Assembly: GCA_963667425.1 (NCBI GenBank)
Contig: OY763407.1
Coordinates: 1,930,281 to 1,994,280, forward strand
Source of the DNA: a bacterium
GTDB taxonomy: Bacteria > UBP6 > UBA1177 > G963667425
Length of the DNA stretch: 64,000 nucleotides
Reading direction: 5' to 3'
Shown in pieces: positions 29,745 through 39,987 of the stretch. The notes below the pieces were generated by a model. The model worked only from the letters and a program-made list of their open reading frames with translations. It had not been told where the DNA came from and did no database searches. Within the stretch, counting starts at the first letter, position 1. Every line of letters starts with the position of its first letter. Position numbers and translations under genes: made by a program.

Positions 29745-30180
29745 GAGTAATCTCCTCTACTTTACCGCCAGCTTTTTCTATAGATTCCTTTGCACCTGCT
29801 GAAAATTTATGAGCCTTTACTGTAAGTGCATTTTTTAGTTCTGAGTTTCCAATTACTTTTATGTAATCTTCTCTACCTGAACAAAGACCAAGCTCAATCA
29901 TTCTGTCAGGGTCAATAACACATGATTCCATATCAGCAAAATACTGAATATTGATTTCAGCAACTTTTTTGCTCCATTTGTTATGAAATCCTCTTTTAGG
30001 AAGAATTCTGTTAAGCGGCATCTGACCACCTTCAAAACCTCTTCTTACTCCGCCACCAGATCTTGATTTCTGACCTTTGTGACCCTTGCCGGAAGTACTA
30101 CCTGTACCTGAAGCATCACCTCTTCCGATTCTTTTTCTATTTTTAGAGCCTTCAGGCTTCTTCAGATTGTGAAGTTCCAT
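29737..30180 (-). CDS. rplO: 50S ribosomal protein L15
   Basis: L15 signature (GRGDASGTGSTSGKGHKGQKSRSGG); directly follows rpsE with no rpmD between. Confidence 0.95.
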   Translation of the reverse strand: MELHNLKKPEGSKNRKRIGRGDASGTGSTSGKGHKGQKSRSGGGVRRGFEGGQMPLNRILPKRGFHNKWSKKVAEINIQYFADMESCVIDPDRMIELGLCSGREDYIKVIGNSELKNALTVKAHKFSAGAKESIEKAGGKVEEITLD

Positions 30181-30183
30181 TTT

Positions 30184-30714
30184 TTACTCCTTATCTTCTC
30201 TTAACTGATAATCTCTTATTTCAACGCCTCTCTTAGCCTGGCAGGACTCAAGATTTTCTACACCTGTAAGAGCTTCAAGAGTAGCTTTTGCCATATTATG
30301 AGGATTGTTGGAACCAATACTCTTTGAAAGAATATCTGTAACTCCAGCAGCCTCAAGAACAGCTCTAACTGCTGAACCTGCAATAACACCAGTACCGGAA
30401 GATGCCGGTCTCAGGAAAACTTTTCCAGCTCCATAAATACCAAGTATTTCATGAGGAACCGTTCCATTTTCAAGAATAACTCTTTTTAAATTTCTTTTTG
30501 CCTTTGCGACACCCTTTCTTATAGCTTCTGGAACTTCTCTTGCTTTTCCAAGACCTATTCCTACAACACCATTACCGTCACCAACAACCATTAGTGCTGC
30601 GAAACTGAAATTCTTACCACCTTTTACAACCTTTGCAACTCTGTTAACGTAGATAAGCTTCTCACTAAGTTCCAGAGCTTCAGGATTTATAGGTTTATCT
30701 TTTATATTTTTCAT
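30184..30714 (-). CDS. rpsE: 30S ribosomal protein S5
   Basis: S5 signature ([26 protein letters not shown]). Confidence 0.95.
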   Translation of the reverse strand: MKNIKDKPINPEALELSEKLIYVNRVAKVVKGGKNFSFAALMVVGDGNGVVGIGLGKAREVPEAIRKGVAKAKRNLKRVILENGTVPHEILGIYGAGKVFLRPASSGTGVIAGSAVRAVLEAAGVTDILSKSIGSNNPHNMAKATLEALTGVENLESCQAKRGVEIRDYQLREDKE

Positions 30715-30730
30715 CTATCTTCTCCAAAAA

Positions 30731-31084
30731 TTAAAAGTTAAGACCACCTTCTCTGGCACCATCAGCAAGAGCTTTTACTCTGCCGTGATAAATATATCCA
30801 TTCCTATCAAATATAACGGCTGTTATATTTGCTTCCTTACAGAGAGCAGCAACAAAAAGTCCGACATGCTTTGCAATAGTTTTTTTGTCACCTTCAGGAG
30901 CCTCAAATCTTTTGTCTTTTGTAGAAGCAGAAAGAAGTGTTTTTCCATCAACGTCATCAATCATCTGAACATAAATATGATTATGACTTCTAAAAACACT
31001 CATTCTTGGTCTTTCTGCTGTCCCGAATACTTTTTTTCTTATCCTTTTTTTACGGGTAAGTCTTTTTTCTATTTTACCTTTCAT
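30731..31084 (-). CDS. rplR: 50S ribosomal protein L18
   Basis: L18 signature ([20 protein letters not shown]). Confidence 0.95.
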   Translation of the reverse strand: MKGKIEKRLTRKKRIRKKVFGTAERPRMSVFRSHNHIYVQMIDDVDGKTLLSASTKDKRFEAPEGDKKTIAKHVGLFVAALCKEANITAVIFDRNGYIYHGRVKALADGAREGGLNF

Positions 31085-31101
31085 CTTATCAACCTCTCAG
31101 A

Positions 31102-31638
31102 TTACTTGCCTGCGGCTTTTCCAGCCTTTCTTAAAATCTTCTGACCTTGATAGAAAATGCCTTTACCTTTGTAAGGCTCTACTGGTCTAAGCTTCTTTAT
31201 AACAGCTGCAAAATTACCAAGAAGCTCTTTATCAAAAGAAACCAAAGTAAGCTGATCCGGTTTAACGTCAGCGGAAATCCCTTTAGGTATTTCCATCTCT
31301 ACAGGATGTGAAAAACCTAAAGAAAATCCAATCTTTGTACCTTTGCTTTCAAACTTGTAGCCGGTACCTTTAAGTTGTAAAACTTTTGTAAAACCTTCGC
31401 TGACACCTACGACCATGTTATTGATGAGTGCTCTAAAAAGACCATGAAGAGCTCTTGTTTCTCTTTCATCATCAACTCTTACAACGGCAATGACATTGTT
31501 TTCCACATTTACAGATATTTTCGGGTGAAGCTCTCTTTCAAGTGTTCCCTTAGGACCCTTTACGGTTAACTTGTTATCTGAAACTGTCACCTGAACATTG
31601 GCACCAAAATGAATTGGAGCATTTCCTATTCTAGACAC
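31102..31638 (-). CDS. rplF: 50S ribosomal protein L6
   Basis: MSRIGNAPI... L6 signature. Confidence 0.95.
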   Translation of the reverse strand: MSRIGNAPIHFGANVQVTVSDNKLTVKGPKGTLERELHPKISVNVENNVIAVVRVDDERETRALHGLFRALINNMVVGVSEGFTKVLQLKGTGYKFESKGTKIGFSLGFSHPVEMEIPKGISADVKPDQLTLVSFDKELLGNFAAVIKKLRPVEPYKGKGIFYQGQKILRKAGKAAGK

Positions 31639-31656
31639 CTTAATCCTCCTCTTTCA

Positions 31657-32055
31657 CTACCAGACTCTACAGATAACTTCTCCACCCACATTAAGTTCTC
31701 TTGCCTTTGCATCTGAAAGAACTCCTTTGGATGTAGAAATAACAGCAAGACCCAATCCTTTTCTTACGTAAGGAACTGTATCAGCAGCTGCGTATATTCT
31801 TCTGCCTGGTTTACTTATTCTTTCTATTTTGGAAATTACATTTTTCCCTTTGTAGAACTTAAGATCTACAGAAATTGTTCTTCTTGCACCAACCTGTGTT
31901 ACATGATAATCCTTTATATAGCCCTCTTCTTTAAGAACTCTGGATATTTCAACGATAACGTTGGAACAAGGTATCGCATCAACATTTTCATGGTGTGCAA
32001 TTATAGCATTTCTTACTCTTGTAAGATAGTTTGCTACAAGATCATTCATTGTCAT
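31657..32055 (-). CDS. rpsH: 30S ribosomal protein S8
   Basis: S8 signature (DLVANYLTRVRNA). Confidence 0.95.
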   Translation of the reverse strand: MTMNDLVANYLTRVRNAIIAHHENVDAIPCSNVIVEISRVLKEEGYIKDYHVTQVGARRTISVDLKFYKGKNVISKIERISKPGRRIYAAADTVPYVRKGLGLAVISTSKGVLSDAKARELNVGGEVICRVW

Positions 32056-32072
32056 GACTTTATACCTCTTTA

Positions 32073-32258
32073 TTACCAGCTGGACTTTGTTACGCCAGGG
32101 ATCTCTCCCTTATTTGCCATAGTTCTGAAACATATTCTGCACATGTCGAACTTTCTTATATATCCTCTAGGTCTTCCACACAGAGGACAGCGATTACCTT
32201 TTCTTACACTGAACTTTGGCTTTCTCTGAGCTTTAAGCCTCATACTAAGTTTTGCCAA
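32073..32258 (-). CDS. rpsZ: 30S ribosomal protein S14 type Z (zinc-binding)
   Basis: 61 aa with C-x-x-C...C-x-x-C ([20 protein letters not shown]), the short zinc-ribbon S14 form. Confidence 0.9.
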   Translation of the reverse strand: MAKLSMRLKAQRKPKFSVRKGNRCPLCGRPRGYIRKFDMCRICFRTMANKGEIPGVTKSSW

Positions 32259-32273
32259 TTTTCCCTCCAGATA

Positions 32274-32831
32274 TTAACTGTTAAAAGGCATACCAAAATG
32301 TCTAAGAAGAGCTTTCGCATCCTTATCATTTGTTGCCGTTGTTACTATTGTAATATTCATTCCCTTTGTCTTTTCAACTTTATTGAAATCTATTTCAGGG
32401 AAAATCATGAAATCCTTGATACCAAGAGAATAGTTTCCTCTTCCATCAAAACCCTTTCCGGAAATTCCTCTAAAGTCCTTTACACGAGGAAGAGCTACAT
32501 TAACAAGTCTGTCAAGAAAATCATACATCATATCTTTTCTAAGAGAAACTGAAACACCTATTGGCATTCCCTCTCTAACTTTAAAGCTGGCTATAGATTT
32601 TTTTGCCTTACGAACAACAGGTTTCTGTCCTGCAATCGCTGTAAGCTCTTTTACAGCATCTTCAAGTATTTTCTTATTCTGAATAGCTTCACCAACACCC
32701 ATATTGATAGATATCTTTTCTATTTTAGGAATAGCATTGATATTCTCTATGGCAAGCTCGCTTTTCAGATCAGACTTTATCTCTTCTTCATAAAGCTTTC
32801 TAAGTCTGCTTACATATTTCTCGCTCATCAA
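32274..32831 (-). CDS. rplE: 50S ribosomal protein L5
   Basis: L5 signature and spc-operon position. Confidence 0.95.
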   Translation of the reverse strand: MMSEKYVSRLRKLYEEEIKSDLKSELAIENINAIPKIEKISINMGVGEAIQNKKILEDAVKELTAIAGQKPVVRKAKKSIASFKVREGMPIGVSVSLRKDMMYDFLDRLVNVALPRVKDFRGISGKGFDGRGNYSLGIKDFMIFPEIDFNKVEKTKGMNITIVTTATNDKDAKALLRHFGMPFNS

Positions 32832-32840
32832 ATATCTCCG

Positions 32841-33164
32841 TTAATCAACAGTTTCACCAGTTTTCTTAAAAAACCTAACTCTAGATCCATCTTCCAGAGT
32901 CTTTACCCTTATTCTGTCTGTCTTGTCAGTTTTAGGGTCAACCGGCATAACATTGGAAATATGTATCGGCATTGGCTTTTCTATTTTTCCGCCTTCCTGA
33001 TTTGTCATAGTCGGCTTCTGATGTTTAATAGCGATATTAACACCTTCGACAACAACTTTTTCAGATTTGCGAAGAACTTCTAAAACCTTACCTCTTTTTC
33101 CTTTGTCCTTTCCGGCAATAATCTCAACAAGGTCGTTCTTCTTAATATTCGACATTTTAGACAT
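32841..33164 (-). CDS. rplX: 50S ribosomal protein L24
   Basis: KOW motif (KKNDLVEIIAGKDKGKRGKV). Confidence 0.95.
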   Translation of the reverse strand: MSKMSNIKKNDLVEIIAGKDKGKRGKVLEVLRKSEKVVVEGVNIAIKHQKPTMTNQEGGKIEKPMPIHISNVMPVDPKTDKTDRIRVKTLEDGSRVRFFKKTGETVD

Positions 33165-33174
33165 CGTATTCTCC

Positions 33175-33543
33175 TTAAAGCACTTCCGGGGCGAGAGAAA
33201 TAATCTTCATAAAACCTTTAGCACGAAGCTCTCTGGCAACAGGTCCGAAAACACGTGTTCCTATTGGTTCATATGAATCATCTACCATAACAACTGCATT
33301 CTGGTCAAATCTTATATAAGAACCGTCCTCTCTACGTATTTCCTTACATACTCTGACTATTACAGCGTTTTTTACATCGCCCTTTTTTATTTTTCCTTTA
33401 GGTTCTGCATCCTTTACAGCAACCTTTATTACATCACCAATGCCGGCATATCTTTTCTTGGAACCTCCAAGAACTTTGATACATGCAACTTTTTTTGCTC
33501 CGGAATTGTCTGCAACTTCGAGTTTCGTCATTTCCTGTATCAT
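33175..33543 (-). CDS. rplN: 50S ribosomal protein L14
   Basis: [19 protein letters not shown]... L14 signature. Confidence 0.95.
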   Translation of the reverse strand: MIQEMTKLEVADNSGAKKVACIKVLGGSKKRYAGIGDVIKVAVKDAEPKGKIKKGDVKNAVIVRVCKEIRREDGSYIRFDQNAVVMVDDSYEPIGTRVFGPVARELRAKGFMKIISLAPEVL

Positions 33544-33545
33544 GA

Positions 33546-33803
33546 TTATTTCCCCTCAGAAACAACTTCTTTTACGAACCATTTCTTTCTTTTGCTTATA
33601 GGTGCGCATTCCTGGATACGAACAACATCACCAACATTACACTGATTATTTTCGTCATGAGCCAAATATTTTTTTCTGGCTGTAACCATTTTTTTGTAAA
33701 GTGCATGCTGGTATCTTCTGAGAACTAAAACAGAAACTGTCTTTTCAGCTCCATTTGTGACTACAGTACCCGTAAGCACTCTCCTTCTCTTCACATCAGC
33801 CAT
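33546..33803 (-). CDS. rpsQ: 30S ribosomal protein S17
   Basis: Start set at internal ATG 33803 ([15 protein letters not shown]), giving the usual 8-nt overlap with rpmC; the longer track ORF would overlap rpmC by 29 nt. Confidence 0.9.
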   Translation of the reverse strand: MADVKRRRVLTGTVVTNGAEKTVSVLVLRRYQHALYKKMVTARKKYLAHDENNQCNVGDVVRIQECAPISKRKKWFVKEVVSEGK

Positions 33804-33999
33804 TTCTTTCCTCTCGTTCAACATTTGATAAGATGGTCTTGATTCTAGCTATATCTTTACGAACCTGACCTATTCTTGAACTATTTTCCAATTGTCCGAG
33901 ACTATGCTGAACCCTAAGATTGAACTGTTCTTCTTTTCTTGCAAGAAGAAGTTCTTTAAGTTCTGCAACACTCTTTTCTTTAAGTTCAGATGCTTTCAT
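33796..33999 (-). CDS. rpmC: 50S ribosomal protein L29
   Basis: 67 aa, L29 signature ([19 protein letters not shown]). Confidence 0.9.
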   Translation of the reverse strand: MKASELKEKSVAELKELLLARKEEQFNLRVQHSLGQLENSSRIGQVRKDIARIKTILSNVEREERNG

Positions 34000-34415
34000 C
34001 TCAGTTCATCTCCCTTTTTAATAAATTTCGTCCTAAGAGGAAGTTTATAAGCAGCAAGCCTAAGAGCATCTTTTGCAACTTCTGGATCTACATCGCCAAC
34101 TTCGAAAAGCATTCTGCCTGGCTTTATAACACAAACCCACTCTTCCGGATTTCCTTTTCCCTTACCCATACGAACTTCAAGAGGTTTCTTTGTTATAGGT
34201 TTGTCAGGAAAAATTCTAATCCAAAGTCTTCCACCTCTTTTCATTCTTCTCATAATAGCAACACGAGCCGCCTCGATTTGTCTGCTATTTATCCAGCCAC
34301 ACTCTGTAGCTTTAAGACCGCAATCACCAAAATCAACTGAATTACATGATGTTGCAACGCCTTTCATTCGGCCCTTCTGAACCTTTCTATGTTTCACTCT
34401 ATTCGGCATCAACAT
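33996..34415 (-). CDS. rplP: 50S ribosomal protein L16
   Basis: [19 protein letters not shown]... L16 signature. Confidence 0.95.
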   Translation of the reverse strand: MLMPNRVKHRKVQKGRMKGVATSCNSVDFGDCGLKATECGWINSRQIEAARVAIMRRMKRGGRLWIRIFPDKPITKKPLEVRMGKGKGNPEEWVCVIKPGRMLFEVGDVDPEVAKDALRLAAYKLPLRTKFIKKGDELR

Positions 34416-34427
34416 GGTATAAGCCCT

Positions 34428-35111
34428 CTAAGATTTTTTTCTTCTTTTTTTCTGATTCTTATCTTTGCCAAAAAGCTGTGCCTGTGTAATTTCCCCTCTG
34501 GAAACCCACACCTTCACACCTATTTTTCCATAGGTTGTATCAGCTTCAGCAAAACCGTAATCAATATATGTCCTAAGAGTATGAAGAGGCGTTCTACCTT
34601 CCTGATATCTTTCTGTTCTGGACATTTCTGCTCCACCGAGTCTTCCTGAAAGAGCAACCTTCACACCCTCAGCACCACTCTTCATAGCGGAAGTAATAGA
34701 TTTTTTCATAACTCTTCTAAAATGAGCTCTTTTCTCAAGCTGTTCTGCGATACCCTCAGCAACAAGCTGTGCATCAACTTCAGGCTTTTTTACTTCTTCA
34801 GGCTGAACATAAACTTCATCAGCACTCTTAGCTATTTTTTTAACCATAGCTTTGATTTTTTCTATGCCAGCACCTTTTCTGCCAACAATAACACCAGGTT
34901 TTGCTGCATGAATTATAAGCTTCAGCTTCTGACCTGATCTCTCAATAGACATACTGGATACGCCTGCAACATAAAACTCTTTTTTAAGTACCTTTTTTAT
35001 CTTAAGATCCTCATGCAGCCACATTCCATAATCTTTATGTGTGTACCACACGGAATCCCAGGTACGATTAATTCCGAGTCTTAGTCCGACGGGATTAACC
35101 TTCTGTCCCAA
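34428..35111 (-). CDS. rpsC: 30S ribosomal protein S3
   Basis: MGQKVNPVGLRLG... with KH domain; S3 signature. Confidence 0.95.
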   Translation of the reverse strand: MGQKVNPVGLRLGINRTWDSVWYTHKDYGMWLHEDLKIKKVLKKEFYVAGVSSMSIERSGQKLKLIIHAAKPGVIVGRKGAGIEKIKAMVKKIAKSADEVYVQPEEVKKPEVDAQLVAEGIAEQLEKRAHFRRVMKKSITSAMKSGAEGVKVALSGRLGGAEMSRTERYQEGRTPLHTLRTYIDYGFAEADTTYGKIGVKVWVSRGEITQAQLFGKDKNQKKRRKKS

Positions 35112-35140
35112 AATTTCACCTCCTGGTATATATCTTACAA

Positions 35141-35491
35141 CTATTTACTTTCAGCCAGTTCAACTGTAACATGCGCAGTTCTTTTCTTTATAAGACTTGC
35201 ACGACCCTGAGCTCTTGGCATAAATCTCTTATATGCAGGACCTTCGTCAACAGTGATAGTCTTAACATAAAGAGTATCAACATCCATGCCGAAATTATTC
35301 TCAGCATTTGCAACAGCTGAATCAAGAAGTTTTTTTATCGCAACAGCTGCTTTTCTGTTTGTAAACTCAAGTATATTACGTGCATCTTCAGCGCCTTTTC
35401 CTCTTACAAGGTCGGCAACTTCCCTCATTCTTCTCGGGGAAGACCTGAAATACTTCAACTTGGCTTTAACAATTTTGTCGGAACTCATCAT
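35141..35491 (-). CDS. rplV: 50S ribosomal protein L22
   Basis: L22 signature (KLKYFRSSPRRMREVADLVRGK). Confidence 0.95.
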   Translation of the reverse strand: MMSSDKIVKAKLKYFRSSPRRMREVADLVRGKGAEDARNILEFTNRKAAVAIKKLLDSAVANAENNFGMDVDTLYVKTITVDEGPAYKRFMPRAQGRASLIKKRTAHVTVELAESK

Positions 35492-35553
35492 ATTCTCCTA
35501 ACATAAATTTTTAGCGGGAGCATCTTACATACGTTTTATTAAAAGTCAAGTAT

Positions 35554-35820
35554 TTACTTTTTGCTACCCGAATGTCCTCTAAAAGTTCTGGTCGGAGAAA
35601 ACTCACCAAGTTTAAAACCAACCATATCTTCTGTTACAAAAACAGGGATAAATTTTTGACCATTATAAACAGCAAATGTGAGACCAAGCATCTCAGGAAG
35701 AATAGTTGATCTTCTTGACCATGTTTTAATAGGTTTTTTTACACCACTATCCAATGCTTTTTCTACTTTGTCCCAAAGATGTTTGTCTATAAAAGGACCT
35801 TTCTTAACTGAACGAGGCAA
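35554..35820 (-). CDS. rpsS: 30S ribosomal protein S19
   Basis: [12 protein letters not shown]... S19 signature. Confidence 0.95.
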   Translation of the reverse strand: MPRSVKKGPFIDKHLWDKVEKALDSGVKKPIKTWSRRSTILPEMLGLTFAVYNGQKFIPVFVTEDMVGFKLGEFSPTRTFRGHSGSKK

Positions 35821-35850
35821 AGCTACCCTCCACTTCTACAAAAGTTATTA

Positions 35851-36684
35851 TTAATTGCTTTTTCTTCTTCTTACTATGAACTTGTCAGTTCTGCGGTTGT
35901 TTCTGGTTCTGTAACCTTTTGTCGGTTTTCCCCATGGAGTTACAGGATGTCTACCGCCTGAAGTTTTACCTTCACCACCACCGTGTGGATGGTCAACAGG
36001 GTTCATAACAACACCTCTAACTTTTGGTCTCTTACCAAGCCATCTTGATTTTCCGGCTTTTCCAACTCTTATATTGGATATTTCGGAATTTCCTACAGTA
36101 CCAACTGATGCTCTGCAATCAAGATGAATAAGTCTGATTTCTGAAGAAGGCATTCTTACTGTTGCATAGTCCTTTTCCTTACCAAGGATCTGAACTCCAG
36201 AAGCAGCTGATCTAGCTATCTGACCACCTTTGCCAACTTTAAGCTCAACGTTGTGAATAAATGTACCAACAGGGATGAAACGAAGCTTCATTGAATTTCC
36301 TGGCTTTACATCTGCTTCACTTTCTTTAGCAGAAACTACCATATCTCCAACTTTAATTTTATCTGGAGCTATAATGTATCTCTTTTCACCATCAAGATAG
36401 TGAATAAGAGCGATCCTTGCATTTCTATTTGGATCGTATTCTATTGCGGCAACTTTTCCCGGAACATCATATTTATTTCTTTTAAAATCGATGATTCTGT
36501 AGAGTCTTTTATGTCCACCACCTCTTCTTCTCATGGTTATACGACCATAAGAGTTACGTCCACCTGTTTTTTTAAGTGGAGTTGTCAATGATTTTTCCGG
36601 AGAAGTTTTTGTTATTTCAGAAAAATCAACATTCGAAGCGTTTCTACGTCCGGGGGATGTTGGATTATAAACCTTAATTCCCAT
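35851..36684 (-). CDS. rplB: 50S ribosomal protein L2
   Basis: L2 signature ([21 protein letters not shown]). Confidence 0.95.
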   Translation of the reverse strand: MGIKVYNPTSPGRRNASNVDFSEITKTSPEKSLTTPLKKTGGRNSYGRITMRRRGGGHKRLYRIIDFKRNKYDVPGKVAAIEYDPNRNARIALIHYLDGEKRYIIAPDKIKVGDMVVSAKESEADVKPGNSMKLRFIPVGTFIHNVELKVGKGGQIARSAASGVQILGKEKDYATVRMPSSEIRLIHLDCRASVGTVGNSEISNIRVGKAGKSRWLGKRPKVRGVVMNPVDHPHGGGEGKTSGGRHPVTPWGKPTKGYRTRNNRRTDKFIVRRRKSN

Positions 36685-36704
36685 TTTTATCAGCTCCTAT
36701 AATA

Positions 36705-37106
36705 CTAGTTTGTACCATCAATATAGTTGATAGTGTGTCCTTCCTTTAATGTTACATAAGCTTTCTTCCAGTTAGATCTCTTTCCGAAAACTTTACCAAC
36801 TCTCTTAAGCTTTCCTCTTACGAGAACTGTATTTACACTTTCAACTTCAACATTAAAAATTTTCTCTACAGCCTGCTTAATCTCTAACTTAGTTGCCTTA
36901 ATGTCAACCTGATAAACAAAATTTCTATTGTCTTCTCCTGTTGAAGCCATTGCAGCTTTTTCAGTCATAAGAGGCTTTCTGATTATGTCATAGCAACGTT
37001 CTTTGCTGATAGCTACATCAGTTCTTTTAGAAACGTTATAACCAGATTCTTTACCTGCAGCACGACGAATCTTTTTATTCATGCTGTAAACATCTACTTT
37101 TTTCAT
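36705..37106 (-). CDS. rplW: 50S ribosomal protein L23 (N-terminally extended)
   Basis: L23 core (IIRKPLMTEKAAMAS ... FNVEVESVNTVLVRGK) preceded by a ~35-aa basic extension; the ATG overlaps the rplD stop (ATGA). Exact start uncertain. Confidence 0.85.
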   Translation of the reverse strand: MKKVDVYSMNKKIRRAAGKESGYNVSKRTDVAISKERCYDIIRKPLMTEKAAMASTGEDNRNFVYQVDIKATKLEIKQAVEKIFNVEVESVNTVLVRGKLKRVGKVFGKRSNWKKAYVTLKEGHTINYIDGTN

Positions 37107-37735
37107 CCAAGCACCTCATTCAAGTGTTTTGCTGCCTCTTCGGTAAGAATTATGTTCTTATAGTTCATAATATCATAAAGATTTACCTCTGAGCAATCAA
37201 TCCAGTTGTAATCTCTGAGATTTTCCACTGAACGAATAAAGTTTTCCTCTTTCTGCATTCCACAAATAACAATAGCGCTTTCAAGATTCCAAACATTCTT
37301 GAACATGTTGAACGCATCTTTTGTTTTGGGTGCATCAAAAAGAAACTTATCAACAACAAAAAGTCTTTCTGTTGCAAATCTTTCAGAAAGGACTGCCTTT
37401 ACAGCAGCCTTTCTTTTCTTTGCATTAACTTTTATAGTATAATCTCTTGGCTGAGGAGAAAATGCTTTTGCTCCACCTCTAAGTGTAGAAGCTCTCATTG
37501 TTCCTCTTCTGGCTCTTCCTGTTCCTTTCTGTTTAAAAGGCTTGGAATTTCCGCCTGAAATTGTATTATATGTTTTTGTTGCGTGTGTACCAGCTCTCCA
37601 GGCAGCCATTCTTGCCTTGATTACTTCATGAACAAGAACGTCCTTGCCTTCGTAGTCAGTCTTAAAAACAGAATCGTTAAGCTCTATCTCGCCGATTTTA
37701 GTTTTTTCTCTGTTATATAAATCACAAACAGCCAT
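37103..37735 (-). CDS. rplD: 50S ribosomal protein L4
   Basis: L4 signature and S10-operon position. Confidence 0.95.
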   Translation of the reverse strand: MAVCDLYNREKTKIGEIELNDSVFKTDYEGKDVLVHEVIKARMAAWRAGTHATKTYNTISGGNSKPFKQKGTGRARRGTMRASTLRGGAKAFSPQPRDYTIKVNAKKRKAAVKAVLSERFATERLFVVDKFLFDAPKTKDAFNMFKNVWNLESAIVICGMQKEENFIRSVENLRDYNWIDCSEVNLYDIMNYKNIILTEEAAKHLNEVLG

Positions 37736-37748
37736 CTTTTTACCTCAA

Positions 37749-38369
37749 TTATTTCTTAATATAAACCAGATTGCCGTTCGGACCAGGGATGGCACCTTTT
37801 ACTGCAATTGTGTTCTGTTTGGAATCTACCTTTACTACAAGAAGGTTCTTTACAGTTACCTGCTCATTACCGTATCTTCCCGCCATTTTTTTATTCTTCC
37901 ATACTTTAGATGGAAAAACGCACTGTCCGATTGAACCGGTATGTCTATGAAATTTAGATCCGTGTGTTTTTCTTCCACCACCGAAATTCCATCTTTTTAC
38001 AACACCACTAAAACCACGTCCTTTTGTAAAGCCGATAACTTTTACTTTATCGCCTGCGTTAAAAAGTTCAGCATTTATCTCATCGCCAAGAGCATATGCA
38101 TCAAGCTCTTCAGGAGAAACTCTAAATTCTTTAAGTTTCTTATAAACACCCTTTCCCGCATTCTTAAAGTGCCCTGCTTCAGGTTTGGAAACATTTTTCT
38201 CCTTCTTGGCAAAACCAAGCTGAAGAGCTGTGTAACCATCTTTTTCAGCGTTCTTTTTCTGAACGACTGTACAAGGACCTGCCTCTATAACAGTTACAGG
38301 AACCACCTTACCGTCTTCTGTGAAGATCTGTGTCATTCCTATTTTTTTTCCTATTAGTCCAGCAGTCAT
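37749..38369 (-). CDS. rplC: 50S ribosomal protein L3
   Basis: [29 protein letters not shown]... L3 signature. Confidence 0.95.
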   Translation of the reverse strand: MTAGLIGKKIGMTQIFTEDGKVVPVTVIEAGPCTVVQKKNAEKDGYTALQLGFAKKEKNVSKPEAGHFKNAGKGVYKKLKEFRVSPEELDAYALGDEINAELFNAGDKVKVIGFTKGRGFSGVVKRWNFGGGRKTHGSKFHRHTGSIGQCVFPSKVWKNKKMAGRYGNEQVTVKNLLVVKVDSKQNTIAVKGAIPGPNGNLVYIKK

Positions 38370-38438
38370 TTTTTCCCTCTCTGCTTTTCAATAATTCTCA
38401 AAACATTCTCTCTCAAACTACTCTAACCAAGCCCTAAA

Positions 38439-38747
38439 TTAATAGGTCTTGATTTCAATCTCAACACCTGCGCTGAGATCGGTTTTCATCAGTTCGTCCA
38501 TAGTCTGATTGGTCGGGCTAAGAATATCAATTATTCTTCTATGAATTCGCATTTCAAACTGTTCTCTGGACTTCTTATTAACATGCGGGGAGCGAAGCAC
38601 AGTGTACTTGTGTATTTTAGTAGGAAGTGGAATAGGTCCAGCAACCTTTGCACCGGTACGTATAACAGTGTCAATAATTTCTCCAACCGACTGGTCAAGA
38701 ATCTTATGGTCAAAAGCTTTCAGCTTTATTCTAATCTTCTCGTTCAC
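38439..38747 (-). CDS. rpsJ: 30S ribosomal protein S10
   Basis: [16 protein letters not shown] ... GPIPLPT S10 signature. Confidence 0.95.
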   Translation of the reverse strand: MNEKIRIKLKAFDHKILDQSVGEIIDTVIRTGAKVAGPIPLPTKIHKYTVLRSPHVNKKSREQFEMRIHRRIIDILSPTNQTMDELMKTDLSAGVEIEIKTY

Positions 38748-38772
38748 TTTGACACCTCAAATATATATCAAT

Positions 38773-39966
38773 TTATCCAACAATTTTAGAAACAACACCT
38801 GAACCTACTGTTCTGCCACCTTCTCTGATAGCAAATCTAAGTCCTTCTTCCATAGCGATAGGAGATATAAGCTCAACTGTTATTGTTACGTTATCGCCCG
38901 GCATTACCATCTTTACATCTTCAGGAAGATTAAGAACTCCTGTAACGTCTGTTGTTCTGAAGAAGAACTGTGGTCTGTATCCTGTAAAGAACGGTGTATG
39001 TCTTCCACCTTCATCTTTAGTAAGTACGTAAACCTCTCCCTCAAACTTCGTATGAGGAGTAATCGATCCCGGTTTAGCAAGTACCTGACCTCTTTCAACT
39101 TCTTCCTTCTTGATTCCTCTTAACAGACATCCTACGTTGTCGCCTGCCTGGCCTTCATCAAGAAGCTTTCTGAACATTTCAACGCCTGTACATGTAGTTT
39201 CTTTGGTTTCGGTAATTCCTACTATCTGTACTTTTTCGCCTACTCTAACTATTCCTCTTTCTATTCTTCCTGTAACAACTGTTCCTCTTCCTGATATTGT
39301 GAAAACATCTTCTATCGGCATAAGGAATGGTTTGTCAACACTTCTTTCCGGCTCCGGAATATAGCTGTCTACTGCATCCATGAGATCATATATACACTGT
39401 ACTTCAGGTGATTCAGGATCATCTGAATTAAGTGCATTAAGCGCTGATCCTCTTACTATTGGTGTATCGTCGCCAGGAAATTCATACTGATCAAGAAGCT
39501 CTCTGATTTCCATCTCAACAAGGTCAAGAAGTTCTTCGTCATCAACCTGATCAACTTTATTAAGAAATACTACTATATAAGGAACACCAACCTGTCTTGA
39601 AAGAAGGATGTGCTCTCTTGTCTGTGGCATAGGACCGTCTGCTGCTGATACAACAAGGATTGCTCCGTCCATCTGGGCAGCTCCGGTGATCATGTTCTTT
39701 ACGTAGTCAGCGTGACCAGGACAGTCAACGTGTGCATAATGTCTGGTTGCTGTCTGATATTCAACGTGTGCCGTTGCTATTGTGATTCCTCTTTCTCTTT
39801 CTTCCGGTGCTTTGTCTATATTGTCAAAGCTTACGTACTCTGAAAGACCTTTTGATGCAAGAGTCTTGGTTATAGCTGCTGTAAGTGTTGTCTTACCGTG
39901 ATCTACGTGTCCTATCGTTCCAATGTTAACATGTGGTTTGGACCTGTCAAACTTTGCCTTAGCCAT
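38773..39966 (-). CDS. tuf: Elongation factor Tu
   Basis: [16 protein letters not shown]-loop, [13 protein letters not shown]-motifs; 397 aa. Confidence 0.98.
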   Translation of the reverse strand: MAKAKFDRSKPHVNIGTIGHVDHGKTTLTAAITKTLASKGLSEYVSFDNIDKAPEERERGITIATAHVEYQTATRHYAHVDCPGHADYVKNMITGAAQMDGAILVVSAADGPMPQTREHILLSRQVGVPYIVVFLNKVDQVDDEELLDLVEMEIRELLDQYEFPGDDTPIVRGSALNALNSDDPESPEVQCIYDLMDAVDSYIPEPERSVDKPFLMPIEDVFTISGRGTVVTGRIERGIVRVGEKVQIVGITETKETTCTGVEMFRKLLDEGQAGDNVGCLLRGIKKEEVERGQVLAKPGSITPHTKFEGEVYVLTKDEGGRHTPFFTGYRPQFFFRTTDVTGVLNLPEDVKMVMPGDNVTITVELISPIAMEEGLRFAIREGGRTVGSGVVSKIVG

Positions 39967-39987
39967 TTTTTTCTCCTTTTATATAAG

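Noticed and set aside
33804-33824. Longer start for rpsQ (track start at 33824)
   Set aside because: It would overlap rpmC by 29 nt; the internal ATG at 33803 gives the usual short overlap and an S17-length protein.
37941-38357. Antisense ORFs inside ribosomal and translation-factor genes (for example 37941..38357, 29122..29364, 40345..40785, 62768..63196)
   Set aside because: They lie fully within strongly supported genes on the opposite strand and have low-complexity translations; treated as spurious shadow ORFs.
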